Origin: Macrostomum hystrix
Lineage: Eukaryota > Animalia > Platyhelminthes
Assembly (NCBI GenBank): GCA_950097015.1
Contig: CATNEN010000030.1
Coordinates: 62,001 to 126,000 of the forward strand
Direction: 5' to 3'
Length of the DNA stretch: 64,000 bases
Positions 46,960 through 60,956 of this stretch are shown here, piece after piece (position 1 is the stretch's first letter; each line of letters opens with the position of its first letter). Under the pieces are notes generated by a model that made no database searches, was not told the origin of the DNA, and saw nothing but the letters and a program-made list of their open reading frames with translations. Position numbers and translations under genes: made by a program.

Positions 46960-47590
46960 TAAGCACTTTTGAGCACAGCCAGAGGAACGGCTATTGCGCG
47001 GCGTTTCCAAAGGCTGCGTACAGCTGCTCAGTCAAGTCTGTCTTAGCTGAGATTCGAACTACCGACCTCTCGGTTAGAAGCCTGCCAAAACTGAGATTCG
47101 AACTACCGACGTCCTGGTCAGAAGCCTGCTAAGACAGATTCGAACTACCAACCTCCCGGTTAGAAGCCTGCCAAAACTGAGATTCGAACCACCGACCTCA
47201 CGGTTAGAAGCCTGCCAAAACTGAGATTCGAACTACCGACGTCCTGGTCAGAAGCCTGCTAAGACAGATTCGAACTACCAACCTCCCGGTTAGAAGCCTG
47301 CCAAAACTGAGATTCGAACCACCGACCTCACGGTTAGAAGCCTGCCAAAACTGAGATTCGAACTACCGACGTCCTGGTCAGAAGCCTGCAAAGACTGAGA
47401 TTCGAACTACCGACGTCCTGGTCAGAAGCCTGCAAAGACTGAGATTCGAACTACCGACCTCTCGGTTAGAAGCCTGCCAAAACTGAGATTCGAACTACCG
47501 ACGTCCTGGTCAGAAGCCTGCCAAAACTGAGATTCGAACTACCGACCTCTCGGTTAGAAGCCTAAATCTCTTAACCACTCGTCTGCAACC
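46960..47590 (-). mobile_element. tRNA-derived SINE (family S3) whose anticodon/B-box segment is amplified into 12 tandem 42-44-bp units
   Basis: Minus strand: head GAGTGGTTAAGAG, then 12 units of about GGCTTCTAACCGAGAGGTCGGTAGTTCGAATCTCAG, then body AGCTGTACGCAGCCTTTGGAAACGCCGC also seen at ~61640. Confidence 0.8.
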
Positions 47591-48759
47591 TCCACTGAAA
47601 AGTATAGTCATGCTAAAATGTTTTCGCCTCAGTACTATGAGAAGGAACAAAAAGATCGTTAACAAGTAAATATATTGCACATAGCATGGCTATTAGCTTA
47701 AACGAATAAAAGAAAGAAACTCAAAAAAGGTTGATAACACATTATTTGAAAAGCAAAATGACCGAAATGATTGATCACCAACCCGAATCAAAATTTTTAA
47801 AGCACAGAAGAAAGTTTCTTTTTTTATAAAAAAAATGATTAACAGCCAGCACTAGCGGCTATTGTTGCCTTTGAACTGAAATCTTGAAATCTGTGCATAA
47901 ATAAAAATATTTAAAGTGCCAATATCGAAATTTCAAAAAAACAACACACATCCGCAACTAAACATGGATTTATTGCCCACTGAAGGCAACCTTTTGTGCT
48001 AAAAGCAGTTTTTTAAAGATATTCAATTAAAATGATTAGCAAAAGTAAAATGTTTTCAACGCTATATGGGTAGGTTATATTTACAGAAAAAGCAATGACA
48101 AGACACGAGACACACAGAAAGAAAGGCCAGATTGTTTAGAGGAATCAAAACACAGGATCGAACTTAAAGAGCAATACAGAGTAGGGAAGAATATTCTCTG
48201 CGGGATCGAAATCGACAAATGGCCGATATGTAGTGAAAAAGTCGAAACGAGACACATTGGGAATTGGGAAAACTAAGAAGCACAGAACGCTTTCAGGACA
48301 GCAGGGCATTGGTGACGAGTGCGAAAGTGCATGAAAGAGGAAGCGGTGGCTGGCGTGTGTCAACCAAGAGCAAAATGAGCGCGTCACAGTCTCACAACAT
48401 ATGTACAACAGAAATATAAGTTGAGTTGCATGTGGGCGAAAATAATGATTGGTAGCTTCCTGATGGCAACTTAAAAAATGAAGGTGAATAAAAAACTCCG
48501 ACTATTCAGTTCATTTTCAGGTGCTCTTTTAATTAGGTTTCTAGTACAAGCCAACAATAAAGGCAAAGGGCGAGAGCAACTATCTTTTTATTTGATAGGC
48601 AAATGCTTCGTCATCTTCGTAGTTGAAATGTACAGTTGACGATTTGAATTTTTTTTTAATAAATATTAACAAAAACTAGATCGTAATTCAAGGTAAACGG
48701 CTAGAGTAACTAGTCCTTCATTTTAAATGGGTAATGCCGTGTCATCTGATTAGCGTGAA

Positions 48760-51700
48760 CTACAGCTGCGGCTGCTGGAAGCCGCTCTCCAACGCGTCGA
48801 TGTCTTCAACGGCTTGCACTCGCTGTTGAATTCGCGGCGTCGGGCCGCCGATCCCATCGCCGTCATTGTCGGCGTTGCTGTCGAAGCCGCCGCCGCCGGT
48901 GGCTGGCGAGCCCTGCCGTTTCCGGCCTCGATCGCCGACAATGAAGCCCGGGTGCCGGCGCAGATCGCGCTGCAGTTGGCTCTCCTCGGCGGCGTAGGCC
49001 GGCAGGGCGTCGACTTCGGCTGGGGGCAGGACGCCGGGGACAAAGCGGGCGAACAGCTGCGGGCTGGCCGCGGCGCAGTCCGGACAGGCGGCGTGCAGCT
49101 GCTGGACGCAGGCGCGCAGGCGATCCGGCTGCACCAGGAATGGCTTTTGAACTGCTTCGGATAGGTGGCCTAGCGGGACGGTTGGTTTTTGTTTAGTGCG
49201 CCTTTGATGCGCAATCACTTTCTTTCCGTTAGAGCAATTAAAAGGAATTAAAGAAACAAAATTAGATGGACTAGGAGGTAAATAGTGTTGGTCTATGAAG
49301 ATTGAATAGTCATGAGTAGACAAACTGAAGTACAATGAGTACATAAACTGAAGGACAGTGAGTAGATAAGCTGAAGGACAATGAGTACATAAACTGAAGG
49401 ACAATGAGTAGATAAGCTGAAGGACAATGAGTACATAAACTGAAGGACAATGAGTACACAAACTGAAGTACAATGAGTACATAAACTGAAGGACAGTGTG
49501 TAGATAAACTGAAGGACAATAGGTACATAAACTGAAGGATAATGAGTACACAAACTGAATTACAATGAGTACATAAACTGAAGGACAGTTAGTAGATAAA
49601 CTGAAGGACAGTGAGTAGATAAACTGAAGGACAATGAGTACATAAACTGAAGGACAATGAGTAGATAAACTGAAGGACAATGAGTACATAAACTGAAGTA
49701 CAATGAGTAGATAAACTGAAGGACAATGAGTACATAAACTGAAGGACAATGAGTACACAAACTGAATTACAATGAGTACATAAACTGAAGGACAGTTAGT
49801 AGATAAACTGAAGGACAGTAAGTAGATAAACTGAAGGACAATGAGTACATAAACTGAAGGACAATGAGTACACAAACTGAAGTACAATGAGTAGATAAAC
49901 TGAAGGACAATGAGTACATAAACTGAAGGACAATGAGTACACAAACTGAAGGATAATGAGTAGATAAACTGAAGGACAATAAGTACATAAACTGAAGGAC
50001 AATGAGTAGATAAACTGAAGGATAATAAGTACATAAACTGAAGGACAATGAGTAGATAAACTGAAGGATAATGAGTAGATAAACTGAAGGACAATAAGTA
50101 CATAAACTGAAGGACAATGAGTAGATAAACTGAAGGACAATGAGTAGATAAACTGAAGGATAATGAGTAGATAAACTGAAGGACAATAAGTACATAAACT
50201 GAAGGACAATGAGTACATGAACTGAAGGACAATGAGTAGATAAACTGAAGGACAATGAGTACATAAACTGAAGGACAATGAGTACATAAACTGAAGGATA
50301 ATGAGTAGATAAACTGATGGACAATGAGTAGATAAACTGAAGGACAGTGAGTACATAAACTGAAGGACAATGAGTACATAAACTGAAGGATAATGAGTAG
50401 ATAAACTGAAGGACAGCAAGTAGATAAACTGAAGGACAATGAGTACATAAACTGAAGGATAATGAGTAGATAAACTGAAGGACAATGAGTAGATAAACTG
50501 ATGGACAATGAGTAGATAAACTGATGGACAATGAGTAGATAAACTGAAGGACAGTGAGTACATAAACTGAAGGACAATGAGTAGATAAACTGAAGGACAA
50601 TGAGTACATGAACTGAAGGACAATGAGTAGATAAGCTGAAGGACAATGAGTACATAAACTGAAGGACAATGAGTACACAAACTGAAGTACAATGAGTACA
50701 TAAACTGAAGGACAGTGTGTAGATAAACTGAAGGACAATAGGTACATAAACTGAAGGATAATGAGTACACAAACTGAAGGACAATGAGTAGATAAACTGA
50801 AGGACAGTGAGTAGATAAACTGAAGGACAGTGAGTAGATAAACTGAAGGACAGTGAGTAGATAAACTGAAGGACAATAAGTACATAAACTGAAGGACAAT
50901 GAGTACATAAACTGAAGGACAATGAGTAGACAAACTGAAGGACAATGAGTACATAAACTGAAGTACAATGAGTAGATAAACTGAAGGACAATGAGTACAT
51001 AAACTGAAGGACAATGAGTACACAAACTGAATTACAATGAGTACATAAACTGAAGGACAGTTAGTAGATAAACTGAAGGACAGTGAGTAGATAAACTGAA
51101 GGACAATGAGTACATAAACTGAAGGACAATGAGTACACAAACTGAAGTACAATGAGTAGATAAACTGAAGGACAATGAGTACATAAACTGAAGGATAATG
51201 AGTACACAAACTGAAGGATAATGAGTAGATAAACTGAAGGACAATGAGTAGATAAACTAAAGGATAATGAGTAGATAAACTAAAGGACAATGAGTAGATA
51301 AACTAAAGGATAATGAGTAGATAAACTGAAGGACAATAAGTACATAAACTGAAGGACAATAAGTACATAAACTGAAGGATAATGAGTAGATAAACTGAAG
51401 GACAATGAGTAGATAAACTTAAGGATAATGAGTAGATAAACTGAAGGACAATAAGTACATAAACTGAAGGACAATAAGTACATAAACTGAAGGACAATGA
51501 GTAGATAAACTGATGGACAATGAGTAGATAAACTGAAGGACAGTGAGTACATAAACTGAAGGACAATGAGTACATAAACTGAAGGATAATGAGTAGATAA
51601 ACTGAAGGACAGTAAGTAGATAAACTGAAGGACAATGAGTACATAAACTGAAGGATAATGAGTACATAAACTGAATTACAATGAGTACATAAACTGAAGG

Positions 51701-54700
51701 ACAATGAGTACATAAACTGAAGGACAGTTAGTAGATAAACTGAAGGACAATGAGTAGATAAACTGAAGGACAATGAGTAGATAAACTGAAGGACAACGAG
51801 TACATAAACTGAAGGACAATGAGTACAGGAACTGATGGACAATGAGTAGATAAACTGAAGGACAGTGAGTACATAAACTGATGGACAATGAGTAGATAAA
51901 CTGAAGGACAATGAGTAGATAAACTGAAGGACAATGAGTACATAAACTGAAGGATAATGAGTACACAAACTGAATTACAATGAGTACATAAACTGAAGGA
52001 CAATGAGTACATAAACTGAAGGACAGTTAGTAGATAAACTGAAGGACAATGAGTACATAAACTGAAGGACAGTGAGTACATAAACTGAAGGATAATGAGT
52101 AGATAAACTGAAGGACAGTAAGTAGATAAACTGAAGGACAATGAGTACATAAACTGAAGGATAATGAGTACACAAACTGAATTACAATGAGTACATAAAC
52201 TGAAGGACAATGAGTACATAAACTGAAGGACAGTTAGTAGATAAACTGAAGGACAATGAGTAGATAAACCGAAGGACAATGAGTACATAAACTGAAGGAC
52301 AATGAGTACATAAACTGAAGGACAATGAGTACATAAACTGAAGGACAATGAGTACAGGAACTGAAGGACAATGAGTAGATAAACTGAAGGATAATGAGTA
52401 GATAAACTGAAGGATAATGAGTACATAAACTGAAGGACAATAAGTAGATAAACTGAAGGACAATGAGTAGATAAACTGAAGGACAATGAGTACAGGAACT
52501 GAAGGACAATGAGTAGATAAACTGAAGGACAATGAGTACATAAACTGAAGGACAATGAGTACAGGAACTGAAGGACAATGAGTAGATAAACTGAAGGACA
52601 ATAAGTACATAAACTGAAGGACAATGAGTACAGGAACTGAAGGACAATGAGTAGATAAACTGAAGGACAATGAGTACATAAACTGAAGGACAATGAGTAC
52701 AGGAACTGAAGGACAATGAGTAGATAAACTGAAGGATAATGAGTAGATAAACTGAAGGATAATGAGTACATAAACTAAAGGACAATAAGTAGATAAACTG
52801 AAGGACAATGAGTACATAAACTGAAGGACAATGAGTACATAAACTGAAGGACAATGAGTACAGGAACTGAAGGACAATGAGTAGATAAACTGAAGGACAA
52901 TGAGTACAGGAACTGAAGGATAATGAGTAGATAAACTGAAGGATAATGAGTAGATAAACTGAAGGACAATGAGTAGATAAACTGAAGGACAATGAGTAGA
53001 TAAACTGAAGGACAATGAGTAGATAAACTGAAGGACAATGAGTAGATAAACTGAAGGACAAAGAGTAGATAAACTGAAGGACAATGAGTAGATAAACTGA
53101 AGGACAATGAGTAGATAAACTGAAGGACAATGAGTAGATAAACTGAAGGACAATGAGTAGATAAACTGAAGGACAATGAGTAGATAAACTGAAGGACAAT
53201 GAGTAGATAAACTGAAGGACAATGAGTACATGAACTGAAGGACAATGAGTAGATAAACTGAAGGACGATGAGTACATGAACTGAAGGACAATGAGTAGAT
53301 AAACTGAAGGACAATGAGTACATAAACTGAAGGACAATGAGTAGATAAACTGAAGGATAATGAGTAGATAAACTGAAGGACAGTGAGTACATAAACTGAA
53401 GGACAATGAGTAGATAAACTGAAGGACAATGAGTACATAAACTGAAGGACAATGAGTACATAAACTGAAGGACAATGAGTACATAAACTGAAGGACAATG
53501 AGTACAGGAACTGAAGGACAATGAGTAGATAAACTGAAGGATAATGAGTAGATAAACTGAAGGATAATGAGTACAAAAACGAAGGACAATAAGTAGATAA
53601 ACTGAAGGACAATGAGTACATAAACTGAAGGACAATGAGTACAGGAACTGAAGGACAATGAGTAGATAAACTGAAGGATAATGAGTAGATAAACTGAAGG
53701 ATAATGAGTACAAAAACGAAGGACAATAAGTAGATAAACTGAAGGACAATGAGTACATAAACTGAAGGACAATGAGTACAGGAACTGAAGGACAATGAGT
53801 AGATAAACTGAAGGACAATGAGTACATAAACTGAAGGACAATGAGTACAGGAACTGAAGGACAATGAGTAGATAAACTGAAGGACAATAAGTACATAAAC
53901 TGAAGGACAATGAGTACAGGAACTGAAGGACAATGAGTAGATAAACTGAAGGACAATGAGTACATAAACTGAAGGACAATGAGTACAGGAACTGAAGGAC
54001 AATGAGTAGATAAACTGAAGGATAATGAGTAGATAAACTGAAGGATAATGAGTACATAAACTGAAGGACAATAAGTAGATAAACTGAAGGACAATGAGTA
54101 CATAAACTGAAGGACAATGAGTACATAAACTGAAGGACAATGAGTACAGGAACTGAGACAATGAGTACATAAACTGAAGGACAATGAGTACAGGAACTGA
54201 AGGACAATGAGTAGATAAACTGAAGGATAATGAGTAGATAAACTGAAGGATAATGAGTACATAAACTGAAGGACAATAAGTAGATAAACTGAAGGACAAT
54301 GAGTAGATAAACTGAAGGATAATGAGTAGATAAACTGAAGGACAATGAGTAGATAAACTGAAGGACAATGAGTAGATAAACTGAAGGACAATGAGTAGAT
54401 AAACTGAAGGACAATGAGTAGATAAACTGAAGGACAATGAGTAGATAAACTGAAGGACAATGAGTAGATAAACTGAAGGACAATGAGTACATAAACTGAA
54501 GGACAATGAGTACAGGAACTGAAGGACAATGAGTAGATAAACTGAAGGATAATGAGTAGATAAACTGAAGGACAATGAGTAGATAAACTGAAGGACAATG
54601 AGTAGATAAACTGAAGGACAATGAGTAGATAAACTGAAGGACAATGAGTAGATAAACTGAAGGACAATGAGTAGATAAACTGAAGGACAATGAGTAGATA

Positions 54701-55867
54701 AACTGAAGGACAATGAGTAGATAAACTGAAGGACAGTGAGTACATAAACTGAATTACAATGAGTACATGAACTGAAGGACAATGAGTAGATAAACTGAAG
54801 GACAATGAGTAGATAAACTGAAGGACAGTTAGTAGATAAACTGAAGGACAATGAGTAGATAAACTGAAGGACAATGAGTACATAAACTGAAGGACAATGA
54901 GTACATAAACTGAAGGACAATGAGTACATAAACTGAAGGACAATGAGTACATAAACTGAAGGACAATGAGTAGATAAACTGAAGGATAATGAGTAGATAA
55001 ACTGAAGGACAATGAGTAGATAAACTGAAGGACAATGAGTAGATAAACTGAAGGACAATGAGTAGATAAACTGAAGGACAATGAGTAGATAAACTGAAAG
55101 ACAATGAGTAGATAAACTGAAGGACAATGAGTAGATAAACTGAAGGACAATGAGTAGATAAACTGAAGGACAATGAGTAGATAAACTGAAGGACTATGAG
55201 ATAGATTGGAGGACTATGAGGAGTCATTGCAGAGATTCATTGAAGCGGCGTGAATTAATTCTTGACATGCATAAAGGAATCAACTCAATAAAAAAGGCCT
55301 CACAAATCAGTCTGTGCAAATGCGGCTTAACAAACTGATGCACAAAGATGGCATTAAACATGGCCAACAGGGAGTCCTCCCGGCTAGTAGCTAGCATGAC
55401 CCGGTTCATGTACTGGAACACGGCGAACAATGTCGATGCCGCCTGATTAAAAGTGAGAAACACGCGCAAACAGGTCTCGATGTAGTCCTTGGGCGAGTGT
55501 TGCTGCAAGGACAGGTAGTTAATAAAACAATTGAATTAGTGTTTCAATTTCAATTTAAAGTTCAGCTTTACGGACTACTATAAGTAAAGTACTGCACAAA
55601 AAATCGCCAAAACAAGAACAAACTAAGTACCTTCTCCATAGCTCGCTGGCACATAGCGCAAACGTGAGCCTGCACAGCAGACATCAGGTCGTCTTTCAGC
55701 TGCGGCCCACGCGCCGAACAGACGCACTTGTAAACGCAAGAGTACATCTCTTCGTAGCTAATGGCGCTGCGTTCGGCCTCTTCAGTCTGGGCAAATAGCA
55801 GGTCCACCAGATTGGAGAGCTTGGGCCAGTAGGTCTGGCTATAGTCCTCGTCAGACATGACAAACAT
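48760..55867 (-). CDS. CACUL1: CDK2-associated cullin domain-containing protein 1, 281 aa. Exons 55867-55631, 55502-55304, 49169-48760
   Basis: DYSQTYWPKL...ISYEEMYSCVYKCVC; F(Q)YMNR; FARFVPGVLPPAEV...GFIVGDRGRKR match recalled CACUL1 motifs. Junction phases 0 and 1 are consistent. Confidence 0.92.
49305..55200. repeat. ~5.9-kb 23-bp satellite (AAACTGAAGGACAATGAGTA[G/C]AT)n, ~255 units, in CACUL1 intron 2
   Basis: Periodicity of 23 (23-aa ORF period); interspersed variants GTAGAT, GTACAT, GTACAG and GATAAT. Confidence 0.98.
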
Positions 55868-56930
55868 GCCTGATTAAGTTAGGGTGTTTCGTTTCAGCAA
55901 AGCACACAATTGTACACTAACTTACATATTAAGAGTCCATGACACTAGAAATTTTATTCAAGGATTATATAGCCAATCATAGATGACTAATGAAAAAAAG
56001 CAAATATCTCTGAAATGTACTTCATGCAATCTTTAAAAATCAAAACCTATAGAAGTTATGACGAATTGATAATGCCAGTGACAACTAATGAAAAAGTCAC
56101 CAAATTATCAAATAAAAAACAAAAATTAGTCTAGAAGCAACTTGGCATTTTTTGTATTTTTTTACTACAAACAATATGTACAGCTATTTGGTATACTATT
56201 TAAACGCAATAGGCAAAAAATGTTTAATAACCACCAGAACAAACATGCACAAAATATGATGATAGCTTAAGATTATCTTTAGGCTAATAAAAAAAAGAAT
56301 AAACTAATAATAACCCCATAATGTCACAAACACTGAAGATTTATCTGTATATTTTAAGTAATAGCTAGATATTTATCACCATATGAAAAGGAGACAATCT
56401 ACAGACTGTCTGGTGTGCTTCAGGTAAGGTTGTAATGAGCAGTTTAAAAATACATTACAGAAATATATAAACTTTTCTTGTTGTTAATTGGACATGCTGC
56501 TTAGTAAAAGATAATTTGCTATGACATAGTTATCCTAATATAAAAATGAACATAGCTAGACCACCAATATAAAATTCAAAGCTAGCATCAGCCTAGCCAT
56601 CTGCTAAACCAAAGTCATTTAAAAATCTAAATAACGACAGGGAAATTGTGTGCAGTCTGGTACATGATGTAGCCAAATGGATGTATAAAGAAGATACTGC
56701 ACCACATGTATTCCTAAAGGAAAATGACACAGATTATTGAATGTTTTATGCATGGCATAAATTAGGCCTCACAAAGGGCCCACATACCATTTAGGATGAT
56801 ATTTAGGGCATGATAATTACATTACACCACCTTGGTAGTATAGAGAATGCTTGACAGTCAGGTGGTTAGCTAGCAAGTACAAGTAGTAGGCTGCCAAAAT
56901 TAGTTAAATATTTTAAACCTAAGCTATGTC

Positions 56931-57354
56931 ACCAATGGGCAATCCTACACTTCCGTTCGGTAAATTATTTTGACACTGAATTTTGAACAGGCGTGTTAAA
57001 TAACAATGTAACCAAACAAAACTGAAACAGTGGAACATGGTAGCAGTCTGTTAGAGTGCATAGTCACTTAGAGTGTTTCTGCAGGTCATTAAGAACCTCG
57101 TTTAACGGGATGATGAACCCGGGTGCTGCAGGTCGCCCAGCCATGGCAATGAAGACAGGAAGATATGAGAAATTGAAGCTCAATAAAACAAGCAGCTCAC
57201 AAGCAACAGCTCCCTTAAACTGACACCCCTTTAAACTCTGTTCGCTCAAACTTTTGGCCATAGACACATTGCCAATCGATGTCATTTGACTCGGTGGTAC
57301 GAATTCAAATGTGAAAATAATTTACCGAACGGAAGTGTAGGATTGCCCACCAAT
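56931..57354. mobile_element. MITE-like element with perfect 35-bp TIRs and apparent ACCAAT target-site duplication
   Basis: 56937-56971 GGGCAATCCTACACTTCCGTTCGGTAAATTATTTT is the exact reverse complement of 57314-57348; ACCAAT lies at 56931-56936 and 57349-57354. Confidence 0.8.
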
Positions 57355-60300
57355 AAAAATAGGTTGAAATGAAAAACAATAATTTGAAAAAAAGTAAAAC
57401 AAACCAGGTACATAACAGTAAGCTTAAATTCTAAGCTATACAAAATCTTAGATAAAATAAAATGGTAGCACAATAACAGCAACAATATGACAATATCCAT
57501 GTCTTGATATTATTGAAGCATCAGGTGAGCCTCGGCCCTGAGAGCCAATGGGAGAAAAAACTTTAATTTTTCAAAAGCAAGGAGTTTAAATCTTCATAAT
57601 CTAGCTATGTTTTCTTACCTCGAAATAACGACATGTTAGTAGTAGCTTCGTAGTTTGTTTTTTTATGAAAGAAAGAAAAGTTTTTGTGTAGTAAGAAAAT
57701 GCTTAATTTTAAACAAAATTTATATCTTCTGGAAGCTGTCACTTTTGCAAGATAGGCAGTTTCGATATTATCCAGTTATTTAAGAAATTTCTACTACTAA
57801 CAAGCTATGCAAACTAATCGTCCGTTAGATAATGATAAAACACTAAAATTGCTAATCTCGAGAAAGAAAGGTTTGGCCTTCTTACTTAAATTGTAACCAT
57901 CGACTGCTAATATTACTTGCATAAAATGGAAATATTCAGTATTAACTACTATACTCGTGCTCTTGTCAGGCAAATTAAATTTAACATATACAATTTGGTA
58001 AGTGACTAATCTGGAAAATACACAGCTAACTATTATCCGACGATATTCGTTTTCAGCATCACTTTCTAGGAAAGTCATAATTTGAAAAAAACTCTCTAGA
58101 GTACATTAACTCCATGAACTAAAAGTAAATATGCGATTGGTGAAAAACGAATTAGAAGCTAGCTTGTTAGCTAATAAAATATAATATAGACTTCAAAAAT
58201 TAGTTATTTTATTAAACCAATTAACAAAAAGTAAATTAAAAATTTAAACACAAAAGTTTACTGCTTCGAACTTCTTCAAGCTTCAATCGAGGACCACTAG
58301 AAGAAGATTACTCATCTTTGAGATAGAAAGGTCCTTGTCTTTAATTAATAAAAATTAATGAAAATATAATGAATGTATTTTATTTCTCACTAGCTGTATA
58401 GTATGGATAGAAATAACTTGTACTGTATTAAATTTAATATAACAAAGTACGTTTATTTTCACCAGGTTTACATACCAATGACTACCGACCACGAGAGAAA
58501 GATAGGCCTATGGTTGTTTTAATGTTTTATGTTATATATGAGTATTTTACATACATGTACAATACAACACCGCCATCAGGTGACATTAAAGTGTGCTTTT
58601 GCACCTGTGTTGACAGAGATAGGGTCTAAGAAACAGTAATCGAACATATGCGACGGTCGCCTAATAGGCAACTCCGAACATGTTCTTTGTTCCGAGAACA
58701 TGTTCTTTAAAATTAATTAGGCTACTTAATGTATTTTAATGAATTAATAACATGAAGAAAAAACTACGCCTTCCTTGGCATGAGGTCAACAAACAAGAGA
58801 GTTAAACCCATACTATATGTCTAGTATGGTTTAACACACACACATAATTATAAGCCTATATTATGGAATGAAGTTAAGCCTAGAAGGCACAGTAAGAAAC
58901 AAGATAAAAACTAGAGTGAGCTAATTTCTTAATCTTAGACTTAGACAATTAGGCCTAGGCCTAACTATGTTAATAAAAGACCTAACATGTTTTTACTTTG
59001 GAAGTTTGGACATGTGATGTTATCTGTCGTACATATGCAACACCCGGCCGACCCAGCCAAACTGGCCGGGTGAAACGAGGGCCAAGCAAGGTAAGTCGCA
59101 AAAACCAATCGACCAAGCACAAAAAAATCAAAGGGGGGACCAAGGGACAAAAAAGGAAGGCGTGAAGAAAAAGAAAAAGGGGAGAGAAAAAGAGAGCAAA
59201 TGAGAGCAAACTAAGTCGTAAATAGAGCAATGAAAGGAACTAAGTCGCAAATGAGAGCAAAAACTAAGTCGCACAGCTGGCTATGATTTGGGAGGTTGCG
59301 CATGTATGTTATCTGTTATAATAATTATTAACAAGTAGATAACAAAAACCATATAAAAATTAGTTTTTGTTTGCTGGGATTCCAGATTTTAATAACAAGG
59401 CTTTCACTAGTTTACATCTTAGCTAGGCCTAGGCCATATTCAGGATCATGCCATGTGTGTGCCAGAAGCTATCCTTATCTACCAATTATACCAGGTCAAA
59501 TGGTGTTATATGCCTGTTGCACCTAGTTCTCTCCCTAGGCCTAGCCCTCTTTAGTCCTTGTAACTAGGTGATGTGTACTGTGTGCCAATTTTTGTGGCAT
59601 AAAATGTTCCATGATGCACCAATATGCAACACATGACCTTTTCATAAAATATGTGTGCCAAAAATTTCTGGGTAGGCCCTACCTATTGTTCCTAGGTACC
59701 TTAGCCAAACTGAATTTGCCAATTATGTCTATTATATAGACAACACATATCTTAGAAGCTTTTAGATAAAAATAAGAAATTTAATGTTGGACCTGATTCA
59801 TAAAATGAGCTAGCTACTAATCTGATTGAAATAAACATCTGCCTAATATCAATGGTGACTAAAGCAGTAGTTATAATGTGTTGTTAAAATAAATTTTATA
59901 ATTTATCTTTATTGTATCATTTATTTTTATGTTATTTAAGATAGCTTCTTGTAACAGGGCTTATGACTCTACTTTTCTCTCTCTTGGTAGCGGATCTCTT
60001 GGCACAAGCGACTTATCCTTTTAAGGCATTGGTCTCTTATTCTACAGTCTTTGCTGGGCGTTTTCCGTGGATCAGAGGGTCATAGCCTCAAATAACTAAC
60101 TCAACACTTGAACACTTTCTTACTCAGTTATAGCTTATTTGCTTTTCGCCACACTGGCATGTTGCTTTGTCTCACAGAAATTGTACTCGTTTATATACAC
60201 AAAAAAGGTTTGTCAAAATGAATGAATTTGACAGAATATTTATAATATTTTATATATACAAAATATTTCGCGCATTAAAACAAAGAGCATAGGTACGAAT

Positions 60301-60956
60301 TTGACTTAAAAAAATGATAAAAGCATCCCTACTACATTCTTTTCAATCTCAGTTTTGTCATTATTTTTCTATTGCATAAAAATGCTTTATGGTAGCATTT
60401 AACATGAAAGTATTTATCTATAGCCAAAAATATAATAGCAGCAAACTTCATAGCCATTTATTGCATAAAATATAAAATGTAGGAGTAGCATATTCTTGAT
60501 ATAGAAAAATGGTTGATGAGTAAATCTAGGGTATGTTACAGGGCTATACTAATACTATAGATGTCAAAAAAGAAATGAGAGACACAAGTAGTCAAAAGGA
60601 GAGACTAATGAGGGGAAGTCTATAAATAAATGAAATAAGATACTACATCTTTAAAGATATAATACGAAAATATAAAATAAAGTTATGCACTTCAAAATTA
60701 GCTTAAGATAAACCAAATAAGAGAAATAGACAACTAAGATATGAAATGGGGTGAGATAACAAACAGCAGATAGGAGATAAAGAGATATCTTTTAGACAAT
60801 AGGGAGATTTGGTAGGGTGTCTAGAGATGGGACAGGAAGGCTAAGATACAGATATAAGTTTGTATATAATGTGAGACAGAGAGGCCAGAAGGCCATATTC
60901 AGGAGTAGCTTCAGGAGCAATCCAATGAATTTTATATTCAAGCCCCCAGTCCGAGC

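Noticed and set aside
47040-47580. CRISPR-like or tRNA-gene array
   Set aside because: No unique spacers, no cas genes and a eukaryotic context; units are partial tRNA arms without acceptor or D stems.
49293-55227. Very long minus-strand ORFs (up to 981 aa) of YSLSFSLSTHCPSV repeats
   Set aside because: Translation of a stop-poor 23-bp satellite, open in all three frames inside a CACUL1 intron.
59041-59072. GC-rich hairpin CACCCGGCC...GGCCGGGTG as a Helitron 3' end
   Set aside because: No CTRR terminus at the expected distance on either strand.
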